Notes: generated by a model not told the origin, from the sequence alone. Counted from the stretch's first letter, positions 52,729 through 63,513 are shown. The stretch is 64,000 bases of DNA from Desulfobacterales bacterium (GCA_040771865.1 JAXGZF010000005.1:62001-126000), one strand, 5' to 3'. Numbers and translations are program-made.

Positions 52729-54000
52729 ATGGAGGTTGAAATGGAACCCGATAACAGCGATCCAACTCGCAGGGAATTTTTAAAGACCACATCGATGGCA
52801 GCCATGGGCGTTCTGCTGGCTTCGACGATTCCGAGGCCTGCCGAAGGACAGACCCCGACCGCCGTGCCCACCCGTGCATTCGGCAAAACCGGCGCAACGG
52901 TTCCCATTCTCGGACTGGGCGGAATGTTCGACATTCCCTCCAACCAGCTTGTGCTCAGACAGGCTTACCAGTGGGGGGTCACCTACTGGGATACGGCTGA
53001 CTGCTACGGCGGCAGCGAAACCGGAATGGGGATGTATTTTGAAAAATACCCGGAACATCGAAAGGACATCTTTCTGGTCACCAAGTCCTGCGAACGGGAT
53101 GCGCAGGGCATGACCCGATTGCTGGAGCAGTCTCTGAACCGCCTTAAGACCGATTATATTGACCTGTACCTGGTTCACGGGGCGAAGCATATCGATGAAA
53201 TGTCTGATGAAATCCGGCGATGGGCGGAAAAAGAAAAATCAAGAAAACGGATTCGATTCATGGGTTTCAGCACTCACGCCAACATGGAAAAGCTCATGCT
53301 GGCGGCAAGCCGTCTTGGGTGGATCGACGGCATTATGATGACCTATAATTTCCGGCTCATGCACACGGATCAGATGCAGGCCGCCGTGGAAGCCTGCACA
53401 AAGGCCGGTATCGGTCTGACCGCCATGAAGACGCAGGGGGGCGGTTCGGTTCGGGCTGACAGCGAGGCCGAGATCGCACTGGCAGGCCGGTTTCTCAAGA
53501 AAGGCTTTACCGACAAGCAGGCCCGTATGAAGGCGGTCTGGGAGAATCCGCATATCGCCTGCATCTGTTCCCAGATGCCGAGCATGACCGTGCTGATGTC
53601 CAATGTGACGGCCGCCCTGGATCAGACCCGGCTGTCGAAAGAAGAGGTGGACCTTTTCAGGCAGCTTGCCCTGCAAACGGCGCCGTCCTATTGTGCCGGA
53701 TGCGCCGAGATCTGCGAAAGGGCCTTGGATATTCCGGCGCCGGTCAGCGACGTGATGCGTTGCCTGATGTACCGCCACAGCTATGGGGAGACGGAGCGGG
53801 CCGAAGCGCTTTTCAACCGGATTCCGAAGGACCTTCGGGACGCCATGCGCCTGGCGGATTATTCAAAAATCCAGCGTCTCTGTCCGCAGAAGATGCCCGT
53901 GGCACGATTGATGATAGAGGGCTGCCGCATGCTGGACCGGAGATTCCGGTATGCTGCGCGGGCAGACGATGCGGAAATTCAGCCTGGTTCTATAGGATAG
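52729..54000 (+). CDS. Aldo/keto reductase with Tat signal and C-terminal Cys cluster
   Basis: TRREFL; WDTADCYG, VTK, YLVH tetrad; CAGCAEIC...CP. Confidence 0.85.
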   Translation: MEVEMEPDNSDPTRREFLKTTSMAAMGVLLASTIPRPAEGQTPTAVPTRAFGKTGATVPILGLGGMFDIPSNQLVLRQAYQWGVTYWDTADCYGGSETGMGMYFEKYPEHRKDIFLVTKSCERDAQGMTRLLEQSLNRLKTDYIDLYLVHGAKHIDEMSDEIRRWAEKEKSRKRIRFMGFSTHANMEKLMLAASRLGWIDGIMMTYNFRLMHTDQMQAAVEACTKAGIGLTAMKTQGGGSVRADSEAEIALAGRFLKKGFTDKQARMKAVWENPHIACICSQMPSMTVLMSNVTAALDQTRLSKEEVDLFRQLALQTAPSYCAGCAEICERALDIPAPVSDVMRCLMYRHSYGETERAEALFNRIPKDLRDAMRLADYSKIQRLCPQKMPVARLMIEGCRMLDRRFRYAARADDAEIQPGSIG

Positions 54001-54055
54001 CGTCCATGATGCCGGAAGCCGAATTTGCCGGACCCATCATTTTCGTGAGCCGGAC

Positions 54056-55006
54056 TTACCGGCCGATGGGCGTAAAAAAATATGAGAACAGAGCCAGAAC
54101 GGCCGGAAGGGTTAAAATCGAAACCAGAAAACTGCTGAAAAAAAATTGATTCACCAGAGCGCGATTGCCGCCGGCGCGTTCGGTCACCAGAGGAACGGCG
54201 GTCAGGGGAGGAACAGCGCTTTCCAGAATGATGATCAGGGCGATCTCGTAAGGAGGCCGGACGATCATCAGAATGCCGAGCGCGACCAGCGGAAAGACGA
54301 TGTTTTTGGCAATGATGAATTTGACGATTTCTTTTCCGTAAAGGCGGCCCTTGCCTTTAAAATCCAGATAAATATTGCCGCCGATGATGATCATTACAAT
54401 CGGCAGGGTCATGTGGCCGATCATTTTGAGGCCTTCCAGAACAAATTTCGGCGTCAGAACATGCAGCCCAGACAATCGAATCGCGACTGCCGTCAGTACG
54501 GAGATCATGACAGGATTCAAAATCCTTTTCATATCGATGGATTTTTCGGCGTTTTTAAAGAACAGATGATAGGTGCCGAAAAACAGAGACGGGAAAAACA
54601 GGGTGAAGAGAAAAAGTTGCGTGATGATCGTTGCGTCGGGGCCCATCATTCCGGTTAGAACGGCCAGAGGAAGAAACAGGACGTTGTGATAAAAAAGGCT
54701 CAGGGCGAACTCGCTTTGAAAACGTTTTTCAGAGAGCGGGGTTAATAAAAGGGTCATGAGCCCGGCCAGAAGGGTGAAGCCTGCCCACCACAGGGGAAGG
54801 GTCCACCAGGAAGGAAACGCGACAGGGTCAAAGTTTGAAATGATGTTTGAAAAGATCATGGCCGGGAGCGCTACATCCAGGGCCAGAGGAGAAAGCAGCC
54901 CGAAAGCATTTTCCGGAAGAACCCGCCGGCTGATGATCCAGAATCCGATCACTCCCATTCCGATCAGAACGGCAACCGCCTCGAAAACATTGATAAAAAC
55001 TGACAT
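54056..55006 (-). CDS. AEC-family membrane transporter
   Basis: About 10 TM helices; ALPAMIF, N..FLPL, LNP, ESAVPP pattern. Confidence 0.75.
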   Translation of the reverse strand: MSVFINVFEAVAVLIGMGVIGFWIISRRVLPENAFGLLSPLALDVALPAMIFSNIISNFDPVAFPSWWTLPLWWAGFTLLAGLMTLLLTPLSEKRFQSEFALSLFYHNVLFLPLAVLTGMMGPDATIITQLFLFTLFFPSLFFGTYHLFFKNAEKSIDMKRILNPVMISVLTAVAIRLSGLHVLTPKFVLEGLKMIGHMTLPIVMIIIGGNIYLDFKGKGRLYGKEIVKFIIAKNIVFPLVALGILMIVRPPYEIALIIILESAVPPLTAVPLVTERAGGNRALVNQFFFSSFLVSILTLPAVLALFSYFFTPIGR

Positions 55007-55080
55007 TGTCCTCCTCCCGGCATCAGCTGGAATTCGGTGTCCGATTTGGAGCCACGGCAGACAGACTCATTGTATGATAC

Positions 55081-55728
55081 TTATACCGATTGGGATCGAT
55101 TTTCAATATCGGGCGTGTGGGTCTTCAGAATGCAGATATTGCCTCCGTATATCGTTTTTTTGAATGAAACGATCAGGTTTGCGGCCTGAATGAGGGGAAA
55201 AAGCCCCTGTGTTCGGGAAAAATTCAGAAAATTTCCAAAATGTTCCCACCCGGCCATTCTTTCGATGATCAGGATGGGGATGGATAAGGGATGGCGGAGG
55301 GGGATGCGGTAGTCGGCGAAAAGAATCCGCCCGGCAATCCGTCGGGCCCGAAGGATCAGCTCAAGGCGCGATTCCGGTACGATTTCATGAAGCATCATGG
55401 AAAATACGGCACAGTCCACCCGCGGCTCTTCAAGACGGTTGAGGGCCGACAGGGCGTCGCCGCAGATCAGGCGCAGATTGTCGATGCTGCGCTCCGCACT
55501 GATTCGATGCGCCTGCCGGATCATGAGAGGAGAGTGGTCGATGCCGATAACCTTTTCGCATCGTTTGCTCAGATTCATGGCCAGCGCTCCGGTGCCGCAG
55601 CCGATGTCCACAGCCACGCTGCCCGGCTCGATCAGGTCGAAGATGGCGTTTCGAATCGGTTTCAACAGGGGGTCAATCCATCGGGCGTAAGGCTGGCCGT
55701 CATAATATCGGGCTTTTTCCGGCTCCAT
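55081..55728 (-). CDS. Class I SAM-dependent methyltransferase
   Basis: VDIGCGTG, GID.S..M, LHE, ADY; immediately downstream of thiL. Confidence 0.85.
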   Translation of the reverse strand: MEPEKARYYDGQPYARWIDPLLKPIRNAIFDLIEPGSVAVDIGCGTGALAMNLSKRCEKVIGIDHSPLMIRQAHRISAERSIDNLRLICGDALSALNRLEEPRVDCAVFSMMLHEIVPESRLELILRARRIAGRILFADYRIPLRHPLSIPILIIERMAGWEHFGNFLNFSRTQGLFPLIQAANLIVSFKKTIYGGNICILKTHTPDIENRSQSV

Positions 55729-55730
55729 GA

Positions 55731-56741
55731 CTATTCCTGCTTGAAGTGGTCCCACCCTGTGGGGGAAAGCGGACGGGAGCTTTTGTCCGTAAAAACGATG
55801 ACGGCATTTTGAGTCTCGGTGATTTCTCCGATGCGTTGAAGCGGGTAGCCAAATCGGTTTTCAAAGTTCTGAGCCAGCGCATCGATCTGTTCCGGAGAAA
55901 CCGTGACGATCAGCGCGTAGTCTTCCCCGCCAGCCAGAATCAATTCCGTGGCGTTCAATTCGAATTTTCGGCAGAAAAACTCCAGGGCGGGTGACACAGC
56001 AAGTTTTTCAGCATCAATCCGTACGCCGGTCCGACTTTCCTCGATAATGTGGCCGAGATCCGAACTCAGCCCGTCGCTGACGTCAATGGCGGCATGCACC
56101 CCGGGGTGGTGAGACAGAAACCAGCCTTCTTCCAGGCAGGGGCGGGGAAGCAGGTGGGCTTCCTTCAGAATTTTCAGTTCCGGTGTGTCGGCTGGAATCC
56201 GGTTGAGTATCAGGTGAAGCCCGGCCCGGCTTTGTCCGAGAAATCCCGCGCAGCAAACGATGTCTCCGGCGACGGCCGCGTCCCGATACAGGATGTTTTC
56301 TTTCCGTGCGGATCCCACGACACAGACGTTGATCACCAGATCGGTTAAGGAGGCGGTCGTGTCTCCTCCAAGAATGTTGACCTCATGTCGTTTTGCCAGA
56401 TCTTTCATGCCCTGGTAGACTTCTTCGAGAAATTCGACCGGACAGTCCCTGGGAATCGCGATGCTGACAAAGGCTTCCCGTGCTTTTCCCCCCATGGCGG
56501 CAATATCGCTCAGATTCACCGCCATGGCTTTGTATCCCAGATTGAATCCGGAGGTCGCATCCCTGAGAAAATGGACCCGTTCCACCATCAGATCCGTAGT
56601 GACTATTGCCACTTCTCCGTTTTCTAGGGTAAAGGCGGCCGCGTCATCCCCGATGGCCTTCAGTACATGTTTTGGACGAACCAGGCATCCTTTGCTGATC
56701 TTATTGATAAATCCGAATTCTCCGATGTCTTTTAACGGCAT
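55731..56741 (-). CDS. thiL: Thiamine-monophosphate kinase
   Basis: GEFGFI, GDDAA, NLSDIAAMG, GGDT, DVSDGL, GGEDY. Confidence 0.95.
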   Translation of the reverse strand: MPLKDIGEFGFINKISKGCLVRPKHVLKAIGDDAAAFTLENGEVAIVTTDLMVERVHFLRDATSGFNLGYKAMAVNLSDIAAMGGKAREAFVSIAIPRDCPVEFLEEVYQGMKDLAKRHEVNILGGDTTASLTDLVINVCVVGSARKENILYRDAAVAGDIVCCAGFLGQSRAGLHLILNRIPADTPELKILKEAHLLPRPCLEEGWFLSHHPGVHAAIDVSDGLSSDLGHIIEESRTGVRIDAEKLAVSPALEFFCRKFELNATELILAGGEDYALIVTVSPEQIDALAQNFENRFGYPLQRIGEITETQNAVIVFTDKSSRPLSPTGWDHFKQE

Positions 56742-57059
56742 GCCGTACAGATCCTTTCGTTGTCGCTGGGTCCAAATTCACTGCGGGGTTTGTCGCCATT
56801 CTTCTGATTCCATAAGGAAGAACGTCCGTCAAGTCAAGCCGAACATATTGAAATGCTGACTTATGTCGAGAGTTCGGACACAAGTTTTTTTCAGTGCCTT
56901 CAAAGCGGAGGGTTTGTTTTTGCATGCGAGGCGTTCAAATGATGCATTCGATTCCGAATATTACGTTTTTATTGACAACCGGCGGGGGTAAAATGTAATA
57001 GCTTCTTTAATATGACCGCTGAACGACAAGGCTTACCCGGGGTTGTCTCATAAGGAGCT

Positions 57060-58715
57060 GTGGATATGCTGAAGGAAAATCTCGTTAAGGAAATCGAGCA
57101 AAGCATCATTCGCAACTGGTCATCGCCGGCGTTTTCCGATTATGGAAAGCCGCCGTTGACCTATGCCGATGCGGCTTCAAGGATCCGGTGGTTTCATCGG
57201 GTGTTCGAGGACTGCCGGATTGGCCCGGGAGACCGGATCGCCCTGATCGGAAAAAATTCAGCCAACTGGGCCATGACATACCTTGCGGTTATATCGTACG
57301 GCGCCGTGATCGTACCCATTCTTCCGGATTTTCATCCGGAAGAAATCGCCCATATCATCCGACATTCCGAATCCGTTTTCGTGTTTGCCGCAGACGGCAT
57401 CTTCAACACGCTGGATGTGGCATTGATGCCCGATGTTCAGGCGTTTTTTTCTCTGGAGAATTTTACGCCGCTGTCTCATCGCGACGAAAAGCTGGGCGAA
57501 GTCCTTGAAAAAGCCTCGATTTACTGTCTTGAATCCAACCGGACGAAGGCCGTGGATTTTTCCCTGAAGCCCGTGGATAACCCTCAGCTGTCTTCAATTG
57601 TCTATACTTCCGGCACCACTGGATTTTCAAAAGGAGTGATGCTTTCCCACAACAGTCTGATGGCCAATGTGCGTTTCGCAAGGACGTACATGCCGCTGAA
57701 ACAGGGAGACCGGATTGTTTCATTTCTTCCCCTGGCCCATGCCTTCGGGTGTGCTTTTGACTTTCTCTTTCCATTCATTGTGGGCTGCCATATCACCTTT
57801 CTGAAAAAAATTCCTTCCCCATCCGTGGTGGTCAAGGCGTTTCAGGAAATACAGCCGCATTTGGTGATGACGGTGCCGCTGGTGGTCGAAAAAATTTATA
57901 AAAATCATATCAAGGACAAGCTCGATAATGCCAAGGTGCGTTTTCTTCTGAAACTGCCGCTGGTCAACCGGCTGATTCTGAAAAAATTCAACGACAGATT
58001 GAGCCAGGTGTTCGGCAACCATTTTTATGAGGTGGTGATCGGCGGTGCCGCTCTGGAGGAAGAGGTCGACCGGTTTCTGAAAAAGATCGGATTCCGTTAT
58101 ACCATCGGCTACGGGCTGACTGAATGCGGACCGCTGGTCAGTTATGCGCCGCATTCCGGACACCGCGTCGGAGCGGTGGGCCGGCTGGTGGACACCCTGG
58201 AGTTGAAAATCGATTCGCATGATCCCGCCCTCGAGCCCGGCGAGATTCTGGTGCGCGGCGATAATGTCATGGACGGCTACTACAAAAACCGGGAGGCGAC
58301 GGCAGAGGCCATCGATTCCCAGGGCTGGCTGCATACGGGAGACCTGGGGCTTCTGGATGCCGACGGTTTCATTCATATCAAAGGACGATCCAAAAACATG
58401 ATTTTGGGGCCATCCGGGCAGAACATCTATCCCGAAGAAATCGAATCCCGCCTCAACGGCATGGATTATGTCGAGGAATCCCTGGTGATCGAATCCGGCG
58501 ACAAGCTGGTCGCCCTCGTTCGTCCCGACTATGAGCGGTTACGCACTCACGGCATCGATGGATCTAAAATTCCCGAAATCATGGAAAAAAACAGAAAAGA
58601 ACTTAATTCAAAACTCCCTGCTTACAGCGGTATTTCCAGAATTCAGATCCATCCAGAGGAATTTGAAAAAACTCCCACAAAGAAGATCAAGCGCCGTCTG
58701 TACCGCACTGTTTAG
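57060..58715 (+). CDS. Long-chain acyl-CoA synthetase
   Basis: YTSGTTGFSKG, GYGLTE, GWLHTGDLG, GQNIYPEEIE. Confidence 0.9.
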   Translation: MDMLKENLVKEIEQSIIRNWSSPAFSDYGKPPLTYADAASRIRWFHRVFEDCRIGPGDRIALIGKNSANWAMTYLAVISYGAVIVPILPDFHPEEIAHIIRHSESVFVFAADGIFNTLDVALMPDVQAFFSLENFTPLSHRDEKLGEVLEKASIYCLESNRTKAVDFSLKPVDNPQLSSIVYTSGTTGFSKGVMLSHNSLMANVRFARTYMPLKQGDRIVSFLPLAHAFGCAFDFLFPFIVGCHITFLKKIPSPSVVVKAFQEIQPHLVMTVPLVVEKIYKNHIKDKLDNAKVRFLLKLPLVNRLILKKFNDRLSQVFGNHFYEVVIGGAALEEEVDRFLKKIGFRYTIGYGLTECGPLVSYAPHSGHRVGAVGRLVDTLELKIDSHDPALEPGEILVRGDNVMDGYYKNREATAEAIDSQGWLHTGDLGLLDADGFIHIKGRSKNMILGPSGQNIYPEEIESRLNGMDYVEESLVIESGDKLVALVRPDYERLRTHGIDGSKIPEIMEKNRKELNSKLPAYSGISRIQIHPEEFEKTPTKKIKRRLYRTV

Positions 58716-59040
58716 CAGCCCGTAGATTTCCCTTCTGATTCAGCTGACTTTCCGGCATGATGTATTATATAAATAAGCGGAAAATCAGCATCATGTCTAA
58801 ACCGCTGTTCGCGGCAAGTCTTCTGAACATCAAGCGGCGATGGATTGTCTTCCGGTCGCACTTTGAGGCCATGAAGCCGCTGCGTTGTCAAGCCGAGAAC
58901 TTTTCAATTTAAAAACTTGAATCTTTATTTTCGCCGGGTTTATAGTCGTTGAACAGAAAAAAGAGGCCGATGGCTTTGGACTTTTACCCTTGCGATTTAT
59001 AAGCGGATTCAAATACAATGATATAAACAGAAGGTGCGAA

Positions 59041-59835
59041 ATGAACATAGGCAAAAAAATCAGAATCAAAAGAATCGTCAACAGAAAGTCCGGCAAAACC
59101 GTGATCATTCCGATGGATCACGGCGTCTCAATGGGGCCGATTCAGGGCCTTGAAGATATTGACAAAACGGTCAACATGATCCTGCGGGGCGGGGCGAATG
59201 CCACGGTGGTCCATAAGGGCATCGTCACCTCCACCAACCGGAGCGAGGATACGGATATCGGTCTGATTATCCATCTGTCGGCTTCAACTTTGCTGAACCC
59301 CTTTCCGAACAACAAGATATCGGTGTGTGACGTTGACGAGGCCCTTGCGCTGGGTGCCGATGCGGTTTCGGTGCATGTGAATATCGGCGCGGGCGGGGAA
59401 GCGGCGATGCTCGAGTCCCTCGGCAAAACCGCCAGAGAGTGCAACCGGTGGGGAATGCCGCTGCTTGCCATGATGTATCCCAGAGGGGATCAGGTGGATG
59501 TCAATGTCGAATCCGTCAAGCTTGCCGCCAGGGTGGGTGCTGAACTGGGCGCCGACATCATCAAGTGTCCGTATACCGGAAGCGCGAAGTCGTTTGAGGA
59601 GGTGGTTCGAGGATGTCCTGTTCCGGTGGTGATCGCCGGAGGTTCCAAGCTCAGCGACGAAGAAACGCTCGACATGATCGAGGGCGCAATGGAGGCTGGG
59701 GCGGCCGGACTGTCCATGGGAAGAAACGTGTTTCAGCACGAGGATCCCGAACATTTTGTGAGAGTCGCCTGCGAGATGGTGCATAACGGCATGCCTGCGA
59801 GAAAGGCGCTGAAAATGCTGCGCAGACAGCTTTGA
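59041..59835 (+). CDS. DhnA-type class I aldolase (ADH synthase / AroA'-like)
   Basis: PMDHG, HLSAST, MMYPRG, ELGADIIK, AGG, GRNVFQ. Confidence 0.8.
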   Translation: MNIGKKIRIKRIVNRKSGKTVIIPMDHGVSMGPIQGLEDIDKTVNMILRGGANATVVHKGIVTSTNRSEDTDIGLIIHLSASTLLNPFPNNKISVCDVDEALALGADAVSVHVNIGAGGEAAMLESLGKTARECNRWGMPLLAMMYPRGDQVDVNVESVKLAARVGAELGADIIKCPYTGSAKSFEEVVRGCPVPVVIAGGSKLSDEETLDMIEGAMEAGAAGLSMGRNVFQHEDPEHFVRVACEMVHNGMPARKALKMLRRQL

Positions 59836-60037
59836 ATTCAGGTCCGGCCTCTATTTTCAGCATCGGACCTATGATCGAATGAATTAAAAACGTGTCGGCA
59901 CTGTCTGAAAAAAGCGCTTGAAAGGCCGGTTGCCGCTTTAAGACAACCTGTTTCAGCTTCCGGCTTTGCGGATTCTTGCATATTTTGTTGGAGCATCTTC
60001 ATTCGGTATGAACCTCAAAACTATCAGGAGGCGAGTT

Positions 60038-60631
60038 ATGACGATCAGTTTGCCGAGTTTAGCTTATGCGAAAAATGCCCTGGAACCTTACATCAGTGAA
60101 AAAACCATCGAATTTCATCATGGCAGGCACCACAATGCGTACGTCGAAAACGCGCGAAAGCTCATTGAAGGAACCGATCTCGTCAATCAACCCCTGGAGG
60201 CTGTTGTCGAAAGGGCGGTCGCGGATCCTTCCAAGATGGCTCTGTTCAACAATGCGGCTCAGGTCTGGAACCACTCTTTTTACTGGAACTGCATGAAGCC
60301 GGGCGGTGGCGGAGCGGCTTCGGGCAGAATCGCCGATCAGATTGCTGTTGCCTTCGGCGGTTACGAAAAGTTTGCCGAACAGTTCAAGAATGCGGCGATG
60401 ACGCAGTTCGGAAGCGGATGGGCCTGGCTGGTGCTGAAGGACGGCAGGCTCGAGATCTCCAAAACCGGCAACGCCGATACGCCGATGGCCCATGGCGTCA
60501 AACCGCTTCTGACGATTGACGTCTGGGAGCATGCCTACTATCTGGACTATCAGAACCGAAGGGGGGATTACATCGACGCGTTTTTGAAGCATCTGGTCAA
60601 CTGGGATTTCGTGAATTCCCGACTGGTTTGA
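60038..60631 (+). CDS. sodB: Fe superoxide dismutase
   Basis: HHGRHH.AY, FNNAAQVWNH, FGSGWAW, DVWEHAYY. Confidence 0.92.
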   Translation: MTISLPSLAYAKNALEPYISEKTIEFHHGRHHNAYVENARKLIEGTDLVNQPLEAVVERAVADPSKMALFNNAAQVWNHSFYWNCMKPGGGGAASGRIADQIAVAFGGYEKFAEQFKNAAMTQFGSGWAWLVLKDGRLEISKTGNADTPMAHGVKPLLTIDVWEHAYYLDYQNRRGDYIDAFLKHLVNWDFVNSRLV

Positions 60632-60694
60632 CCGATTGCTTCTGAGTCAGTTGAGCATGATATATTATTTTCAATCCGGGTGAAATCCCCAAAA

Positions 60695-60728
60695 AAAGGG
60701 GGGGCGTGCTTGCCCCCCTTTGCTGTTT
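60695..60728 (+). terminator. GC-rich hairpin after sodB
   Basis: AAAGGGGGGGC/GCCCCCCTTT stem flanked by an A-run and a T-rich tail. Confidence 0.6.
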
Positions 60729-60778
60729 CGTCCTTCCGAGGACCCGTTAAGGGTATGGGGTATTTCGAAAAGAATTGT

Positions 60779-60830
60779 TTGACATGCAAGAGAAAATTTG
60801 AGATAAAAAGACCGACCGGTCTGTCTTTTT
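60779..60830 (+). promoter_or_regulatory. Promoter plus palindromic TetR-type operator
   Basis: TTGACA-N17-GATAAA; AAAAAGACCGACCGGTCTGTCTTTTT is a 26-bp palindrome with one mismatch at 60805-60830. Confidence 0.75.
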
Positions 60831-60852
60831 TTGAAGATCAAGGATTATCCCA

Positions 60853-61443
60853 ATGCCTTCGCGGAAAGAAAACATTATTCACGAGGCCCTGAGGCTGTTT
60901 TCCCTGAAGGGTTTTTCCAGCACCTCGATCACCGACATACTGGAGGCCGCCGGTGTTTCCAAGGGAGGATTTTACAACCATTTCAAGAGCAAGGAAGATC
61001 TGTTTTACGCCGTTCTTGAGCGGGCGCGGCATATCTGGCGCGAGAAGGTCCTTGAAGGGGTGAATCAGGTGGATGATCCCATCGGCAGAATATGTCTGGT
61101 GCTTAAAAATTATCGCGATTCGTATCTGATCGATTTCGAAAATATCCCTGGGGGATGTATTTTTATCACGCTTGCCGTAGAACTGGCCGATCAGCATCCC
61201 AAGCTGGCCGATGCGGTGAATCAGGGATTTTCGGGGTTCAAGGCCATGATAACCGGTTACTTGAATCAGGCGCAGGAAGCAGGCGATTTGAGATCGACGG
61301 TTTCCACCAGAGCGGTCGCCGAGATGGTGTTTGCCGGCATGCTGGGGGCCTCGGTGATGTATGGCATCAACAAGTCCGCCGATGATTTGAATCATGCGAT
61401 TGAAGCCGTTATCCAATATCTGAAGGAACTGGTTCGAGTCTGA
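60853..61443 (+). CDS. TetR/AcrR-family regulator
   Basis: KGFSSTSITDI..AAGVSKGGFYNHFKSKE HTH; GC motif in the C-terminal domain. Confidence 0.93.
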   Translation: MPSRKENIIHEALRLFSLKGFSSTSITDILEAAGVSKGGFYNHFKSKEDLFYAVLERARHIWREKVLEGVNQVDDPIGRICLVLKNYRDSYLIDFENIPGGCIFITLAVELADQHPKLADAVNQGFSGFKAMITGYLNQAQEAGDLRSTVSTRAVAEMVFAGMLGASVMYGINKSADDLNHAIEAVIQYLKELVRV

Positions 61444-61496
61444 CCGGTTTGCCTGAAGTCTGGCTGTTCCGTCTTAACCCGAGAAAGGAGGATGTG

Positions 61497-62633
61497 ATGA
61501 TCGATTTTACCTTTACCGAGGAACAGGAAATGTTCAGAAAGGCGGCCCGGGAGTTTGCGGAAACTCAGGTAGCGCCGCGAGTGGCCGAGATGGAGGCTAC
61601 CGGCAAGGTTTCAGTAGCCGTTGTTCGGGCCCTGGCCGAGGCCGAGATGATGGCCCTAACCGTTCCCGAGCCGTTCGGCGGTCTGGGGCTGGGCTATACG
61701 GCCAGAATGATCGCTTTGGAGGAGATCAGCCGGATTTCGGTGGCCACCGCCATGATGCTCCAGGTGTTTGCCTTGGGAATCGAGCCGATTGTGAAATTCG
61801 GTAACGAGGCGCAGAAAAAGAAATACCTTCCCGATCTGGCCTCCGGAGAGCGTCTGGCCACGACTGCCGTTACCGAAGCCACCGGCGGGTCCGATCCGAC
61901 GAGCATTCGGACGTCATATCGCAAAGACGGCGATGATTACATCATCAACGGCCGGAAATGCTTTATCACCAATTCTCATATTGCCGACACCCTCACGATT
62001 CTCGCCAAGGATGAAAATGATCCCAAGGCGTTTTCCGCCTTTATTATCGAAAAGGGCATGCCCGGCTTCAAGGCGACGCATGAAGAGAACAAGGTCGGCA
62101 TGCGAGGATGCAATACCGGAGAGCTTTCCTTTGAAGATCTCCGTGTTTCAAAGGAACAGATTCTTTCCGTCGAAGGTAAGGGGCTTCGCGTGACTATGGC
62201 GGCCATCGGCGATGTGGGCCGCGGCGGCATGGTGGGATGCGCCCTGGGTGTTCAGGCGGCCTGCCTGGAAGCTTCGGTGAAATTTGCCCGCGAACGCATC
62301 CTGTACGGCAAGCCGATCAGTCAGCTGCCGACCATACAGAGCAAGCTGGCCGAGATGAAAGTGGATCTTGAGGCCGGACGGCTGCTGGCGTACCGGGCCA
62401 GCGCTATCCAAGACAGGGGTCAGCCTTCCAGCAACGAGTTCGCCGTGGCAAAGTATTTTACTACAGAGGCTGCACAGAAGGCCGCCAAAATGGCCGTGGA
62501 CATTCACGGAGGATACGGGTGCATGCAGGAGTATGCGGTGAGCCGGTACCTCAGGGATGCCTTTGTTCTGGGGCCCTCGGCCGGAACCTCGGACATCATG
62601 AAGGTGATCATCGCTCGCTGGGTACTTTCCTGA
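61497..62633 (+). CDS. Acyl-CoA dehydrogenase
   Basis: TEATGGSD, NGRKCFITN, KVGMRG, IHGGYG. Confidence 0.92.
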   Translation: MIDFTFTEEQEMFRKAAREFAETQVAPRVAEMEATGKVSVAVVRALAEAEMMALTVPEPFGGLGLGYTARMIALEEISRISVATAMMLQVFALGIEPIVKFGNEAQKKKYLPDLASGERLATTAVTEATGGSDPTSIRTSYRKDGDDYIINGRKCFITNSHIADTLTILAKDENDPKAFSAFIIEKGMPGFKATHEENKVGMRGCNTGELSFEDLRVSKEQILSVEGKGLRVTMAAIGDVGRGGMVGCALGVQAACLEASVKFARERILYGKPISQLPTIQSKLAEMKVDLEAGRLLAYRASAIQDRGQPSSNEFAVAKYFTTEAAQKAAKMAVDIHGGYGCMQEYAVSRYLRDAFVLGPSAGTSDIMKVIIARWVLS

Positions 62634-62712
62634 TTCTATTTCAATACGTTTAAAACTCCTGCTGAATTCATCGCTGAGTTCACAGAGGCGAAAACACAGA
62701 ATAGGATGCCTC

Positions 62713-63513
62713 ATGACGCTTCAGATTATTGTGTGCGTTAAAGCCGTACCCGATCCGGCGAAGGCCGATCGCATCAGAATCGATCCGGCAACGAGAATGC
62801 TCAAGCGAGCTCAGGTTCCCCTGGCGTTCAACCCGCTGGACCGAAACGCCCTGGAGGCGGCGCTGCAGATCCGGGAGAAATCCGGCGCTCGAATCACCGT
62901 CCTCAGCATGGGGCCTTCAGGGGCGGAAAACATTGTCAGAGAATGCCTGTCTCTCGGCGCCGATCATGGAATTCTGCTGTCCGACAGGGCTTTTGCCGGG
63001 GCGGACACTTATGCCACCTCGTTTACACTGGCAAAAGGAATCGAGAAGATCGAACAATATGACCTGATCCTCTGCGGCATGGCCAGCAGCGACGGGGCCA
63101 CGGAATGGGTTGGGCCCCAGATCGCCTCGTTTTTGGGAATACCGGTGGCAACCCAGGTTGAGGAATTTGCACAGGTCGATTCGCAAACCTTCAGGGTCCG
63201 ATCCGGAATTGAAAACGGATACCGTCTGATGGAGATAAAGCTCCCGGCGCTGTTGACCGTAACTCGAAAGCTGAACCGCCCGCGTGCCCTTTCGTTTTCA
63301 GGGATCATCAAGGCCAGAAAAAAGCAGATAGTCCAATGGGGTTTGCGGGATCTCGGGCTCGCCGAAGATCAGGTCGGCCAGGCGGCATCCCCGACCGTGG
63401 TGAGTGCGATGACCACCCGCACGGTTCGAAGACAGGTTGAATTCATCGAGGGTCCCATCGAGCAGAAGGCTGAAATTCTGGTGCAGCGGCTGGCCCACGC
63501 CGGCTTGATCTGA
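62713..63513 (+). CDS. etfB: Electron transfer flavoprotein beta subunit
   Basis: VCVKAVPD, NPLD..ALE, SMGP, AGADT.AT, DG.T..VG. Confidence 0.9.
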   Translation: MTLQIIVCVKAVPDPAKADRIRIDPATRMLKRAQVPLAFNPLDRNALEAALQIREKSGARITVLSMGPSGAENIVRECLSLGADHGILLSDRAFAGADTYATSFTLAKGIEKIEQYDLILCGMASSDGATEWVGPQIASFLGIPVATQVEEFAQVDSQTFRVRSGIENGYRLMEIKLPALLTVTRKLNRPRALSFSGIIKARKKQIVQWGLRDLGLAEDQVGQAASPTVVSAMTTRTVRRQVEFIEGPIEQKAEILVQRLAHAGLI

